Assembly: GCA_045601605.1 (NCBI GenBank)
Contig: JAZRZY010000158.1
Span: 9,079 to 73,078 of the forward strand
DNA length: 64,000 nt
DNA from: Eubacteriales bacterium
GTDB taxonomy: Bacteria > Bacillota > Clostridia > Oscillospirales > SIG627
Direction of reading: 5' to 3'
Under the pieces are notes generated by a model, which saw only the letters and a program-made list of their open reading frames with translations, did not search any database and was not told the origin of the DNA. Position 1 is the first letter of the stretch; the number at the start of each line of letters is the position of its first letter. Below are positions 1 to 8,746 of the stretch, piece after piece. Made by a program: the position numbers and the translations under genes.

Positions 1-496
1 GATCCAGATCGGTGACGGTGGGAGAGAAGCAGGAGAGTACGTGCAAAAACGCTTCTTCTGTCAAGGATTGCGCCGCGCGGATTTTGGCGAGTTCTTCCGG
101 CGTTTTGGACACGCGGAGAAGTTCCACGCGATCGCCGAGGGCGTCGAACTCCAATTCGGGAAGTGCGTCTTCCAAATCGGAGAGATCCGCACAGGTCATA
201 CGCCGATCTTCAAAGTACAGCTTTTTTACGGCGTGAGCGGTGAGCACTTTCTTCAGGTTTTCGTGAGATGCGGCATCTTCCAGTCGGAAAACGGCGGGAA
301 TTGTGCCTTTTCGGAGAGCTACTTCGCCCATTTCACGATAGCGGAAGTCGAGGAAGAGATGGGCGCTTTCGCAAGTGACGAGAACGGCGCCCGCAGAAGA
401 AGCGAAGCGCGTCAGATAGTAACGGTTGACGTCGCTTGTGATCAGAACGGCTTCCCCCTGTTGGGTTTGTTCGATGAGTTTTTCGATGGCTTTCAT
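1..496 (-). CDS. Xaa-Pro aminopeptidase/dipeptidase (M24B family), N-terminal part; C-terminal part lies beyond the window edge
   Basis: Absent from the ORF track because it is open at the edge. Hand translation of the minus strand from ATG 496-494 gives MKAIEKLIEQTQQGEAVLITSDVNRYYLTRF...SKTPEELAKIRAAQSLTEEAF. This is a creatinase/prolidase N-domain followed by the start of the pita-bread domain. Confidence 0.75.
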   Translation of the reverse strand, partial: MKAIEKLIEQTQQGEAVLITSDVNRYYLTRFASSAGAVLVTCESAHLFLDFRYREMGEVALRKGTIPAVFRLEDAASHENLKKVLTAHAVKKLYFEDRRMTCADLSDLEDALPELEFDALGDRVELLRVSKTPEELAKIRAAQSLTEEAFLHVLSCFSPTVTDLD

Positions 497-497
497 G

Positions 498-1025
498 TCA
501 GTTGTCCTTCTGTGAATTGATTTGCTCGACGCTGTGAAAATAGGATCTTAAAATCGGCTTTTCGATGGCGCGTTTGGCGTAAAAGAAAGGATTTTCAAAA
601 GGGGAGATCGGTTGAACCAACACGGAGAAAACGCCCCATTTTTTGCAGAGGGCAACGTCCGTCAACAATTGATCTCCGACAAATGCCACGTGCGCCGGGC
701 ACACGTTGAAGTTTTCAAAAAAAGAAGAAAGGGCGCGCCGAGAGGGTTTTTTGGCATTCCAAATTGCATAGAGGGGTGCAGGCAGGGATTCGTTGAAGGT
801 AGTTACGCGGTCTTCTCCGGCGTTGGAGATCAACGAAAGGACGATTCCGGCATCGCTGAGGGTCTTGAACAGCTCGCAGACCTCCTTGGTTGCGTGCGGC
901 ACCTTGTGCGCCACCAGAGTGTCATCTATGTCAAAAATGACGTGCGTAATTTCTCTCGAATGAAAAAATTCTGCCGAGAGTTCATTGATACTGTGAAAAT
1001 AGATGTCCGGATAAAGGTGTTTCAT
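498..1025 (-). CDS. yqeG: YqeG-family HAD-IIIA phosphatase
   Basis: 175 aa. HAD motif I is FDIDDTL and motif IV is GDQLLTD. Colinear with B. subtilis YqeG as recalled. Confidence 0.75.
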   Translation of the reverse strand: MKHLYPDIYFHSINELSAEFFHSREITHVIFDIDDTLVAHKVPHATKEVCELFKTLSDAGIVLSLISNAGEDRVTTFNESLPAPLYAIWNAKKPSRRALSSFFENFNVCPAHVAFVGDQLLTDVALCKKWGVFSVLVQPISPFENPFFYAKRAIEKPILRSYFHSVEQINSQKDN

Positions 1026-1072
1026 AATACCTCCGCTCCTACTATAACACAGTTTTTGTGAAAAAGAAAGAG

Positions 1073-1798
1073 TTAAGAGCTCAAGAGTTTTTGACGCAGT
1101 TTTTGCAGAATTCTTTTTTCCAGCCTTGAGATATACGATTGCGAAATCCCAAGTGTATCTGCTACCTCCTTTTGGGTGTATTCGCGTGTGGTTCCGAGAC
1201 CGAAACGCATCATGACGATGGTGCGGTCTCGCTCATCCAAGGAACGTACGGCCTTGAGAATGAAGGAGCGCTCTTCCTGCGCTTCGAGCTGTTCTTCGAT
1301 TTCCTGACCATCTGTGCCGAGAATGTCGGCGAGAGACAATTCATTTCCGTCCCAATCGACGTTCATCGGTTCTTCGATGGATACCTCGCGACGCATGGAG
1401 GCGGTTTTGCGCAGAAACATCAAGATCTCATTTTCGATGCATTTGGAAGCGTAGGTTGCAAGCTTGATGTTCTTGGACGCGTCGAAGCTGCTGACGGCCT
1501 TCATAAGCCCGATCGTGCCGATAGAGACCAAATCCTCGGTGCCGACTCCCGTGTTATCGAATTTTTTGGCAATGAAGACCACGAGGCGCAGATTGTGCTC
1601 GATCAATTTGTTCCTCGCGGCTTGAATGTCGCCGTTTTCTGAGGAAAGCGCAGAGGTGAGCGCTTTTTCTTCCTCGGGGGTCAAGGGCGCGGGCAGTTCA
1701 TCTGCACCGTTGATGTACAGGAGATTTGCAGCTTCTTCCTTTCCGAAAAACAGCGTGCGAAGAAAGATGAGAAATTGATTTATGGATTGCATAAGCAC
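1073..1798 (-). CDS. sigE: Sporulation sigma factor E (pro-sigma-E)
   Basis: 241 aa. N-terminal pro-sequence, region 2 (NLRLVVFIAKKF, IGTIGLMKAV) and region 4.2 HTH (GISQSYISRLEKRIL). Near-colinear with B. subtilis pro-sigma-E and directly downstream of spoIIGA. Start is GTG 1798 or ATG 1792. Confidence 0.9.
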   Translation of the reverse strand: MLMQSINQFLIFLRTLFFGKEEAANLLYINGADELPAPLTPEEEKALTSALSSENGDIQAARNKLIEHNLRLVVFIAKKFDNTGVGTEDLVSIGTIGLMKAVSSFDASKNIKLATYASKCIENEILMFLRKTASMRREVSIEEPMNVDWDGNELSLADILGTDGQEIEEQLEAQEERSFILKAVRSLDERDRTIVMMRFGLGTTREYTQKEVADTLGISQSYISRLEKRILQKLRQKLLSS

Positions 1799-1799
1799 C

Positions 1800-2618
1800 T
1801 CACGTAAGCGGGAGAACGGATGGGGAAATGATCAGATCGCATCCGCCGTAATTGTGACAAGAGCGGTCCAGCGCAAGAAAAAAAGGCTGAATTCGTTTTC
1901 GTTTTCCGCCGCGGTAAACGTAAGCTTCCTCAGCTATGAAACCGTAGAGATTCTTTTGCCCCGCGGGCGTAATGAGGGTAATTTTGTTATTTTCATCCTG
2001 TGCTTCATCGAGCGCCTTTGCCCGTTCCGGCGTGAAAAAGAAGCGGGCGGCTTCCTCTGTGATGAGTGCTACACTGAGCCCGCTTTCGGGATGGATCAGC
2101 AAGTTTCCGCTGTCAACCAATGCGCTCGCATAGCAGAACTTTCCGTCGATGACCAGACAAACGTCTTGAATGTTTCGGCGAAATCTGCGCTGTGCAAGGA
2201 CGAACAGCAAGACGATGCCGCCGAGTAAAACAGCTACGACGAGTGTGTACCAGAGCTCGAATTTTTGGCTCGAAACGGAAATGCCGAGTAGTGTGCCGAT
2301 CGCGCAAAGCGCACCGCCGAGCAAGAAAAGCGAGAGCAGAAACAGTGCGTAGCAACGCATGAAATGGGGGAGACTGTGCGGCACAAAAACGAGTGCGGTG
2401 GAAAAAAGAGACATTGCAAAGAAAAGCAAGGCGATCGTGATGTTGTCAATGGGGTATAGAGCGGTGATGGCGGCGCAAAGCCCTCCGAGCGCTGAGGCGG
2501 TCAAAAGCCGAAGGAGGCGGATGTGTTGCGGAAGAATACGACTGACGGCAAAAAAGCAGACCGCATCAAGCGCGGCGTTTAAGAAAAAGTATATATCTAT
2601 GTAAAAAATTTCGTTCAT
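1800..2618 (-). CDS. spoIIGA: Sigma-E processing peptidase SpoIIGA
   Basis: 272 aa. Multi-pass N-terminal membrane domain followed by the aspartic-protease motif LVDSGNLL. Its stop lies 1 nt before the sigE start. Confidence 0.85.
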   Translation of the reverse strand: MNEIFYIDIYFFLNAALDAVCFFAVSRILPQHIRLLRLLTASALGGLCAAITALYPIDNITIALLFFAMSLFSTALVFVPHSLPHFMRCYALFLLSLFLLGGALCAIGTLLGISVSSQKFELWYTLVVAVLLGGIVLLFVLAQRRFRRNIQDVCLVIDGKFCYASALVDSGNLLIHPESGLSVALITEEAARFFFTPERAKALDEAQDENNKITLITPAGQKNLYGFIAEEAYVYRGGKRKRIQPFFLALDRSCHNYGGCDLIISPSVLPLT

Positions 2619-2635
2619 ACCGGCCTCCTGCGTCC

Positions 2636-2668
2636 ATCATATCAAGCAGGAAGGCAGAGAATTGTCAA
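2636..2668 (-). promoter_or_regulatory. Candidate spoIIG promoter with an over-long spacer
   Basis: Minus strand reads TTGACA (2668-2663), 21 nt, TATGAT (2641-2636). The implied leader to the GGAGG RBS and ATG 2618 is very short. The -35 overlaps TTTGACA, one mismatch from a reversed Spo0A box. Confidence 0.3.
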
Positions 2669-2726
2669 AGAAAGGCGAGCGTATAAACGCGAGGGGGCAA
2701 AACGCGGTAAATTCTACTCCTTTTCG

Positions 2727-2755
2727 TTGACTTTTATTCCCATAATTGTTATAAT
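2727..2755 (+). promoter_or_regulatory. Sigma-A type promoter of the glycan operon
   Basis: TTGACT (2727-2732), 17 nt, TATAAT (2750-2755), about 45 nt upstream of the TTG start at 2803. Confidence 0.55.
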
Positions 2756-2766
2756 ATAACGTCTGA

Positions 2767-2773
2767 TTCGACA
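2767..2773 (-). promoter_or_regulatory. Perfect Spo0A-box heptamer (TGTCGAA on the minus strand)
   Basis: Plus strand reads TTCGACA. It lies in the divergent spoIIGA / glycan-operon control region, inside the predicted 5' UTR of the plus-strand operon. Confidence 0.3.
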
Positions 2774-2802
2774 AAATATTCTTTCGATTTCGGAGATGTG
2801 CC

Positions 2803-4269
2803 TTGAAACGACTGCTCAGCCTCTTTTGTGTGATTGCAATGCTTTTTTTGAGCGTTGCGGTCGTTTGCGCGCAATCGGAGGAGGAAGCAACGGAACTTTC
2901 TCGGCAGGTAACCGTGACCGATCTTTCGTCCGACGAGTGGAACAAGTTTACGGATCATAGTTACCAAACCTACATTTCGTTTTCCGAACAGCGCAGCTTT
3001 ACCATTACCTCGGAAGAGCCGATCGCCGCCCTTTATCTTGTGTTTGACCGCAATCCCGCCGAGTGGATTCTCAAAAACGGTGAAACGAGCGTAAAGTGCG
3101 GAGACAACCATTTTCTCCACGAGTTTGTGGATGTGAAAGAGGCTTTTGGAAGCGCGCAAAAAACGCTTGCGATCGCTTTCCCCGCAGGGATCTCTCTTGC
3201 CGACGTCTATGTTTATACCGACGGGCAATTGCCGCAGACCGTTCAGCAATGGCGTCCTGCGGAGGGCTCCTGCGATCTTCTTTTGTTTGCCACCCATTCC
3301 GATGATGACCAGTTGTTTTTCGCCGGTCTGCTGCCGACCTACAACTCCAGAGGGATGGAGGTGCAGGTTGCCTATTTCGTGCATCATCTGTCTACCCACG
3401 ATCGCCCGCACGAGTTGCTCAACGGTCTTTGGCACACGGGTCTCACGCGGTATCCCGTTATTTCGGATTTTCCGGACGCATATTCGGAAAGCTCTTGGGA
3501 GGCGGAACAAAATCTTGCGGCATCGGGCTTTGATCGAGAAGCTGTTTTGATCTGGCAAACGGACCTGCTTCGCCGTTTTCGCCCGCTGGTTGCGGTCGGT
3601 CACGACCTGGAGGGGGAGTACGGACATGGTCAACATCGGTACAACGCCGAGACTTTGACTGATGCGATCGCACTTGCAAACGATCCGAATTTTGATACGC
3701 CTTCTCTTTCGGAAAAGGGCGTTTGGGATACGCCTCGCCTTTATTTGCATTTGTATCAGGACAATGCGGTGGTATGTGACTACGATACGCCGCTGGATGC
3801 CTTTGACGGGAAGACTGCGTTCGAAGTGTCCAAAGAAGCGTTCGAGTATCATAAATCTCAGCATTGGACCTGGTTTTATGACTGGATCAACGTTTCGAGC
3901 GCAAAAGACATTCGTCAGTATTCGCCTTGCCGATTCGGCCTTTATTACGCGGCTGACGGAAGTTATCCGACCGGTGGAGATTTTTTCGAGGGTCTTGAGA
4001 CCTATGCGGAGCGTGCCGCGCGCCTGGAGGCAGAAATGAAGGCGGAACTTGAGGCGCAAAAGGCCGAGACGGAAACGCAGTTGGAAAAATCGGAGGCGGA
4101 ACTGGAAGGCTTAAATCAGGAGATTTCAGAGATCCGTTCAAACTATGAAAACGTCACGCTTTGGCTGATCGTTTTGTCGTCAGTTTTTCTTTTCCTTGTG
4201 TTTCTTTTGGTTGTAATGACCGTTTTTCGTAAACATAAGCGAAATGCATCCATCAAAAAGGAAGGTTAA
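2803..4269 (+). CDS. Secreted PIG-L/LmbE-family deacetylase with coiled-coil and C-terminal membrane anchor
   Basis: 488 aa with a TTG start 9 nt after GGAGA. Sec signal is MKRLLSLFCVIAMLFLSVAVVCA/QS. PIG-L-like block is LLLFATHSDDDQLFFAG plus His-rich HHLSTHDRPHE. Heptad-rich EAEMKAELEAQKAETETQLEKSEAELE is followed by a terminal TM helix and KHKRN tail. Confidence 0.6.
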   Translation: MKRLLSLFCVIAMLFLSVAVVCAQSEEEATELSRQVTVTDLSSDEWNKFTDHSYQTYISFSEQRSFTITSEEPIAALYLVFDRNPAEWILKNGETSVKCGDNHFLHEFVDVKEAFGSAQKTLAIAFPAGISLADVYVYTDGQLPQTVQQWRPAEGSCDLLLFATHSDDDQLFFAGLLPTYNSRGMEVQVAYFVHHLSTHDRPHELLNGLWHTGLTRYPVISDFPDAYSESSWEAEQNLAASGFDREAVLIWQTDLLRRFRPLVAVGHDLEGEYGHGQHRYNAETLTDAIALANDPNFDTPSLSEKGVWDTPRLYLHLYQDNAVVCDYDTPLDAFDGKTAFEVSKEAFEYHKSQHWTWFYDWINVSSAKDIRQYSPCRFGLYYAADGSYPTGGDFFEGLETYAERAARLEAEMKAELEAQKAETETQLEKSEAELEGLNQEISEIRSNYENVTLWLIVLSSVFLFLVFLLVVMTVFRKHKRNASIKKEG

Positions 4270-4270
4270 A

Positions 4271-5401
4271 ATGAAGAATTTTGTCATTTTGATCCCCAGT
4301 TATAAGCCGGACGAACATTTGCTCGGCGTCGTTCGCGAGATAAAAAGTGCAGGGTTTGAGCGCTTTGTGATTGTGGATGACGGCGGCGGAGAACCGTATG
4401 CCCCGATCTTTGATGAGCTTTCTCACCAAGACGGCGTTGAGGTTTTGACGCATTCAAAAAATTGCGGCAAAGGTGCTGCGTTGAAAACGGGACTTTCCCA
4501 CGTCTACTCGACCTATCCCGATGCGACGCACGTGTTGACTGTGGACGCCGACGGACAGCATCGCGCAGAGGACGTGACCAAGTTGGCGCTTGCTGCCGGA
4601 GAGCATCCGCAAAAAGTCGTGCTCGGGTCGCGCAATTTCAAACTACCGAACATTCCGTTCCGCAGTCGAATGGGAAATCGCTTGACCTGTTTGATCTTCC
4701 GAATGATCGCCGGAACAAAACTGAGTGATACACAGACGGGGTTGCGCTCCATTCCCGTCGCGGAAATCCCGTGGATGTTAAAAATTGCGGGCGATCGTTA
4801 CGAGTATGAGATGAACGTTCTTTTGTATCTCAAGGAGTTCGGGGTGCGCGCTCATGAAGTGGAGATCGAGACGATCTATATTGAAGAAAACGCCTCCTCC
4901 CATTTCAACCCTTTGATTGATTCCGCGCGTATTTATGCGCTGATCTTCCGTTTTTGGCTGCATTCACTCTGGAAGGTTTTAAAGTTTTCCGCAAGCAGCC
5001 TCATCTGCACGGCGGTGGATATTTTGCTGTTTTACGTCTTGCATCTTTTGTTTGCCGAGCAGTTCGGAGTGCTTGCGGAGGCCATTTGTCAGGCCTTGGC
5101 GCGCGTGGTTTCGTCCGTTTTGAATTTCACGTTGAACCGTACGGTCGTGTTTGCGAAACGAAAGGGAAACTCCTTGAAGCTGCTTCTCCGTTACTATGCA
5201 GTCTCCATCCCGCAGTTGATCGTTTCGGCGACGGTCTTGAACGGCTTGACCGTGTCTCTGTCGATGCAATCCAGCCACTGGATTACGTTGTTGAAACTCG
5301 GGGTCGATTTGATTTTGTTTTTGATCAGTTATCGCCTGCAACGCGATTGGGTATTTCGAAAGGAGCATTCCGATGTCGAAGGATTCGAGTATGAAAAATA
5401 A
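4271..5401 (+). CDS. Family-2 glycosyltransferase fused to a GtrA-like membrane domain
   Basis: ATG 4271 lies 1 nt after the preceding stop, with an AAGGAAGG RBS. The GT2 core includes ILIPSYKPDEHL, VDDGGG, TVDADGQH and LSDTQTGLRS. The C-terminal four-helix GtrA-like region includes VLNFTLNRTVVF and YRLQRDWVF. Confidence 0.75.
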   Translation: MKNFVILIPSYKPDEHLLGVVREIKSAGFERFVIVDDGGGEPYAPIFDELSHQDGVEVLTHSKNCGKGAALKTGLSHVYSTYPDATHVLTVDADGQHRAEDVTKLALAAGEHPQKVVLGSRNFKLPNIPFRSRMGNRLTCLIFRMIAGTKLSDTQTGLRSIPVAEIPWMLKIAGDRYEYEMNVLLYLKEFGVRAHEVEIETIYIEENASSHFNPLIDSARIYALIFRFWLHSLWKVLKFSASSLICTAVDILLFYVLHLLFAEQFGVLAEAICQALARVVSSVLNFTLNRTVVFAKRKGNSLKLLLRYYAVSIPQLIVSATVLNGLTVSLSMQSSHWITLLKLGVDLILFLISYRLQRDWVFRKEHSDVEGFEYEK

Positions 5402-6503
5402 GGCTTGTGTCAAATGGAAAACGTACCTCAAGCGTACCGGGATTTGTGTTTTATCCGCTCTGTTGTTTACCGTTGGTGCGGTTTATGTGTTTTTGTTTTC
5501 GGTCGTCAACGGCCCGAGTCCCTCCTTCCGCGATCGACTGGTGCTTTCCGCCTTGGAGGGGAGCGCGACCAAGTGGCTTCCGAACTTGTTTTTGAGTCAA
5601 GAGACCATTGATGCAATTTCTGCGGAAAGTCGATCCATCGCAACGGACACGTTGTCTATGGATGATTATGTTTCCGGTGATGCCGGCGCGGAGGAAACGG
5701 TCGACGAGTGGGCGGATTTTCCGGACGGCATCCGCATTGATACCGTCACCAAATCCACCTTTACGGCGTATGTTATGTTGGTTCAAGATCCTTCGCGCGT
5801 GTATCTTGGCCCCACCTATCATTATGCGAGTGCCTCCAGCGGCAAGCAGATCTTCCAGGCCGTGGAGATGGAAGGCGCGGTTGCCGCGATCAATGGCGGC
5901 GAGTTTTCCGATCTCGGCGGCGGCGGAAGCGGAGCACAGCCGATGGGGTTGACTTATTCAAAGGGCGCCTGTGTTTGGAACGACGGATATTACAGCACCT
6001 TTATGGGCTTTGATAAAGGCAACCGTTTCATCGTGAAAAACGGCATGACGAAAGAAGAAGCCGATCGTCTCGGTGTGCGCGACGGTTGCTCGTTTTGGGG
6101 ACAGGAAGGCGATAATATTCTCATCAGCAATGAAAACGGTGAGATCAGCTTCCATTATGCTACGGGAGATACTGCGGTTGCACAGCGTACCGCCATCGGT
6201 CAGCGTGCCGACGGTACGGTGATTATGGTGGTGACGGACGGACGCAGCGCTTCTTCCCTCGGCGCGACCCGAAACGACCTTGTCGATCTGTTCCGCGAAT
6301 ACGGAGCGGTAGTGGCGGGACGTCTTGACGGGGGCTCTTCCTCTATGATGTATCTGAAGGATTACGCCGAAAAGTATCATTTAGACGAGGAGTCTTTGAA
6401 CAATACGCAAAAGGAGGGTATGGTCAATAATTACAAAGCCTTTACCGGATACCGTTATATCCCCACTTACTTTATGGTTCGACCCGAGGAGGCCGCCAAA
6501 TGA
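5373..6503 (+). CDS. Phosphodiester glycosidase (NAGPA/DUF2233) family protein with N-terminal membrane anchor
   Basis: 376 aa. AAGGAG RBS sits 7 nt before the ATG, and the gene overlaps the upstream gene by 29 nt. One TM helix, then blocks AINGGEF and RLDGGSSSMMY typical of this family. Confidence 0.65.
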   Translation: MSKDSSMKNKACVKWKTYLKRTGICVLSALLFTVGAVYVFLFSVVNGPSPSFRDRLVLSALEGSATKWLPNLFLSQETIDAISAESRSIATDTLSMDDYVSGDAGAEETVDEWADFPDGIRIDTVTKSTFTAYVMLVQDPSRVYLGPTYHYASASSGKQIFQAVEMEGAVAAINGGEFSDLGGGGSGAQPMGLTYSKGACVWNDGYYSTFMGFDKGNRFIVKNGMTKEEADRLGVRDGCSFWGQEGDNILISNENGEISFHYATGDTAVAQRTAIGQRADGTVIMVVTDGRSASSLGATRNDLVDLFREYGAVVAGRLDGGSSSMMYLKDYAEKYHLDEESLNNTQKEGMVNNYKAFTGYRYIPTYFMVRPEEAAK

Positions 6504-7702
6504 GACGTGCAAAGAGAACAATGGATGAATTAAAAGCTTCTCGCACTTGCGAAGCGGAGCTGCAGACGGCAAATGCAGAGCAGGATGCGCCGATCGATGC
6601 ATGTGCTGGGACGGGGAGACTTTCCGGGCGAAATGTGTTTTGGCGTGTGTATGCAATCGTGCTTGCCGCTTTTTGCGTTTTGCTTCTGGCAGCCATCTTG
6701 GTGACTCAATCGGCACTTGCCGATTATGAATCCGCAAGACCCAATTATGTGGCCGAACGCGTTTTTGAAGAGTATTTCGAGGAAGAGGATAGTGCCGCGC
6801 TTCTGGAAAAAGCTGATTTTTCCCTGAGTGAAGTGGAAGACGCGGAGGATTTTGCGCGTTTTTGGAAAGAGCAAACGCAGGGAGACGTTACTTTTGTGCG
6901 CGTTTCTGCGGATAACGGAGGCGAGAGCGTTCGTTACAACGTTCGCTCCGGTGATAAGACGTTTGCGGCATTTGAACTTGCTCTTTCGCAAGAAAAGACG
7001 ACGTGGGGAAATCCGCTTTACGAGCTCTCCAAGATCGAACTCGGCATCGGAGCAAAGCATAAAGCGCGTGTTTCCGCTCCTTCCGGCTCCACGGTTTTTG
7101 TCAACGGCGTCAAACTTTCGGAGAAGTACGTTGTGTCTGCGGATGAAACGACGGAGAGTTGTGCACATATGCCCGAGGGCGTTTCGGGAATTACTTACGA
7201 TACGTATGAAGTGAAGGGCTTGCTGTTTGAAGCGGAGATTAGCGTTCAAAACGCCAACGGACAAGAACATAAGCTTGTGTTTGACAAGGCTATCCAAGCA
7301 CACCGTGCCGTCATTGTTTACGATGAAGAGCTGCGCGAGGAAATGAGTGATTTCGTCATTCAGGCCGCGCAAACGTATGCGGCCAGTATGCAGAACGATC
7401 GACCGAAGTCGCAGGCTTTGTCTTATATTGAGCCCAATACGATGCTCTACGATCAAACGATCAACGTTTCCACCGCTTGGGTTTCCGCACACAGCGGATA
7501 CCGCTTTGAGAACGTCAAGGCAAGCGAATTCTACGCCTATGACGAAAACACGTTCTCTTGTCGCGTTTCCTTCGTCCACGTTCTGACGGGCGGCACCACC
7601 CGCTTTGATGAAAACGGCGAAAATCGCGAAAAGGTTGATATCACTTGGTATTATCGAAAAGTGGGCGACAAGTATCTTATCTACGATCGCGAAAACAACT
7701 GA
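6500..7702 (+). CDS. Hypothetical single-pass membrane protein (large extracytoplasmic domain)
   Basis: 400 aa. ATGA start/stop overlap with the upstream gene and a GAGGAGG RBS. One TM helix (VYAIVLAAFCVLLLAAILV). No motif I recognise. Confidence 0.5.
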   Translation: MRRAKRTMDELKASRTCEAELQTANAEQDAPIDACAGTGRLSGRNVFWRVYAIVLAAFCVLLLAAILVTQSALADYESARPNYVAERVFEEYFEEEDSAALLEKADFSLSEVEDAEDFARFWKEQTQGDVTFVRVSADNGGESVRYNVRSGDKTFAAFELALSQEKTTWGNPLYELSKIELGIGAKHKARVSAPSGSTVFVNGVKLSEKYVVSADETTESCAHMPEGVSGITYDTYEVKGLLFEAEISVQNANGQEHKLVFDKAIQAHRAVIVYDEELREEMSDFVIQAAQTYAASMQNDRPKSQALSYIEPNTMLYDQTINVSTAWVSAHSGYRFENVKASEFYAYDENTFSCRVSFVHVLTGGTTRFDENGENREKVDITWYYRKVGDKYLIYDRENN

Positions 7703-7713
7703 TCTTGCAAATT

Positions 7714-7753
7714 AAAAAAGCACCCCATCGCGTTTGCGATGGGGTGCTTTCTT
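7714..7753. terminator. Bidirectional intrinsic terminator
   Basis: 12-bp stem GCACCCCATCGC/GCGATGGGGTGC (7720-7731/7736-7747) with loop GTTT. Flanked by an A-run upstream and TTTCTT downstream. Confidence 0.75.
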
Positions 7754-7759
7754 GTTTGA

Positions 7760-8731
7760 TTATCGTTTCATTGCGATTGCTTCGTGTGCCTTTTTGACGA
7801 TGGTTTCGGCATCCAGTCCGTAAATGGGAAGCAGATCTTTTGCAGGGCCGGAGGCTCCGAAGGTATCGCAGACGCCGACGCGGCAGAGGGGAACTGCGCA
7901 TTTCTCGCAGACAGCCTCGGCGACGGCGCTTCCGAGCCCGCCGATGATGCTGTGCTCCTCAGCCGTCACCAACGCACCGGTCTCCCGTGCGGCTTTTTCG
8001 ATCAATTCAACGTCGAGTGGCTTGATCGTGTGGATGTTGATGACGCGGGCGTTGATGCCTTCGGATGCGAGCATTTCCTTGGCCTTCAGGGCGGCTTCGA
8101 CCATCATGCCGGTGGCGATTAGGGTGACGATGTCATTGTCGCTTTCCTTGAGGACTTCGCCCTTTCCGAGTACGAATTCATATTCGTCTTCGTCGTGGAT
8201 GACAGGAACGGCCAAGCGTCCGAAACGCAGATAGACGGGGCCGTCGTGCACGATGGCCGCGCGCACGGCGGCGCGGGCTTCAGCGGCATCGGAGGGGTTG
8301 ATGACGCACATTCCGGGGATGACGCGCATCAGGGCGAGGTCTTCATTGCATTGGTGCGTAGCACCGTCTTCGCCGACCGTGATGCCGGCGTGGGTTGCGC
8401 CGATCTTTACGTTTAGATGCGGGTAACCGACGCTGTTGCGCACTTGTTCAAAGGCGCGGCCTGCGGCAAACATCGCAAACGAGGATGCAAATGGAATTTT
8501 TCCCGTGGAGGCAAGACCCGCCGCAATACCGATCATATTGGCTTCTGCAATGCCGCAGTTGATATGGCGATCGGGAAATGCTTTCTGGAAGGTTGCGGTT
8601 TTTGTTGATTTGGAGAGGTCGGCATCAAGAACAACGAGGGGGAATTCGGCGCCGAATTCTGCCAAAGCATCGCCGTACGCTTCGCGGGTTGCGATTTTTG
8701 CACCAAGTTCATATTTCTTGTTGAGTTTCAT
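7760..8731 (-). CDS. Transketolase, C-terminal (pyrimidine-binding) subunit
   Basis: ATG 8731 follows GGAGGTG by 7 nt; the track ORF starts 9 nt earlier at a GTG. Sequence includes FPDRHINCGIAEANMIGIAAGLA and a typical split-Tkt C-subunit. Confidence 0.85.
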   Translation of the reverse strand: MKLNKKYELGAKIATREAYGDALAEFGAEFPLVVLDADLSKSTKTATFQKAFPDRHINCGIAEANMIGIAAGLASTGKIPFASSFAMFAAGRAFEQVRNSVGYPHLNVKIGATHAGITVGEDGATHQCNEDLALMRVIPGMCVINPSDAAEARAAVRAAIVHDGPVYLRFGRLAVPVIHDEDEYEFVLGKGEVLKESDNDIVTLIATGMMVEAALKAKEMLASEGINARVINIHTIKPLDVELIEKAARETGALVTAEEHSIIGGLGSAVAEAVCEKCAVPLCRVGVCDTFGASGPAKDLLPIYGLDAETIVKKAHEAIAMKR

Positions 8732-8746
8732 CGCTGTCACCTCCGT

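Noticed and set aside
41-520. 159-aa plus-strand ORF at the left edge
   Set aside because: The opposite strand reads as a clean M24B Xaa-Pro peptidase N-terminus starting at ATG 496. The plus-strand product has no motifs and looks like a shadow frame.
2749-4059. 436-aa minus-strand ORF overlapping the PIG-L gene; likewise 6530-7579 (349 aa), 20549-21718 (389 aa) and 29893-30978 (361 aa)
   Set aside because: All are Arg-rich shadow frames opposite well-supported genes (PIG-L, the operon's 4th gene, dapA, Gfo/Idh/MocA).
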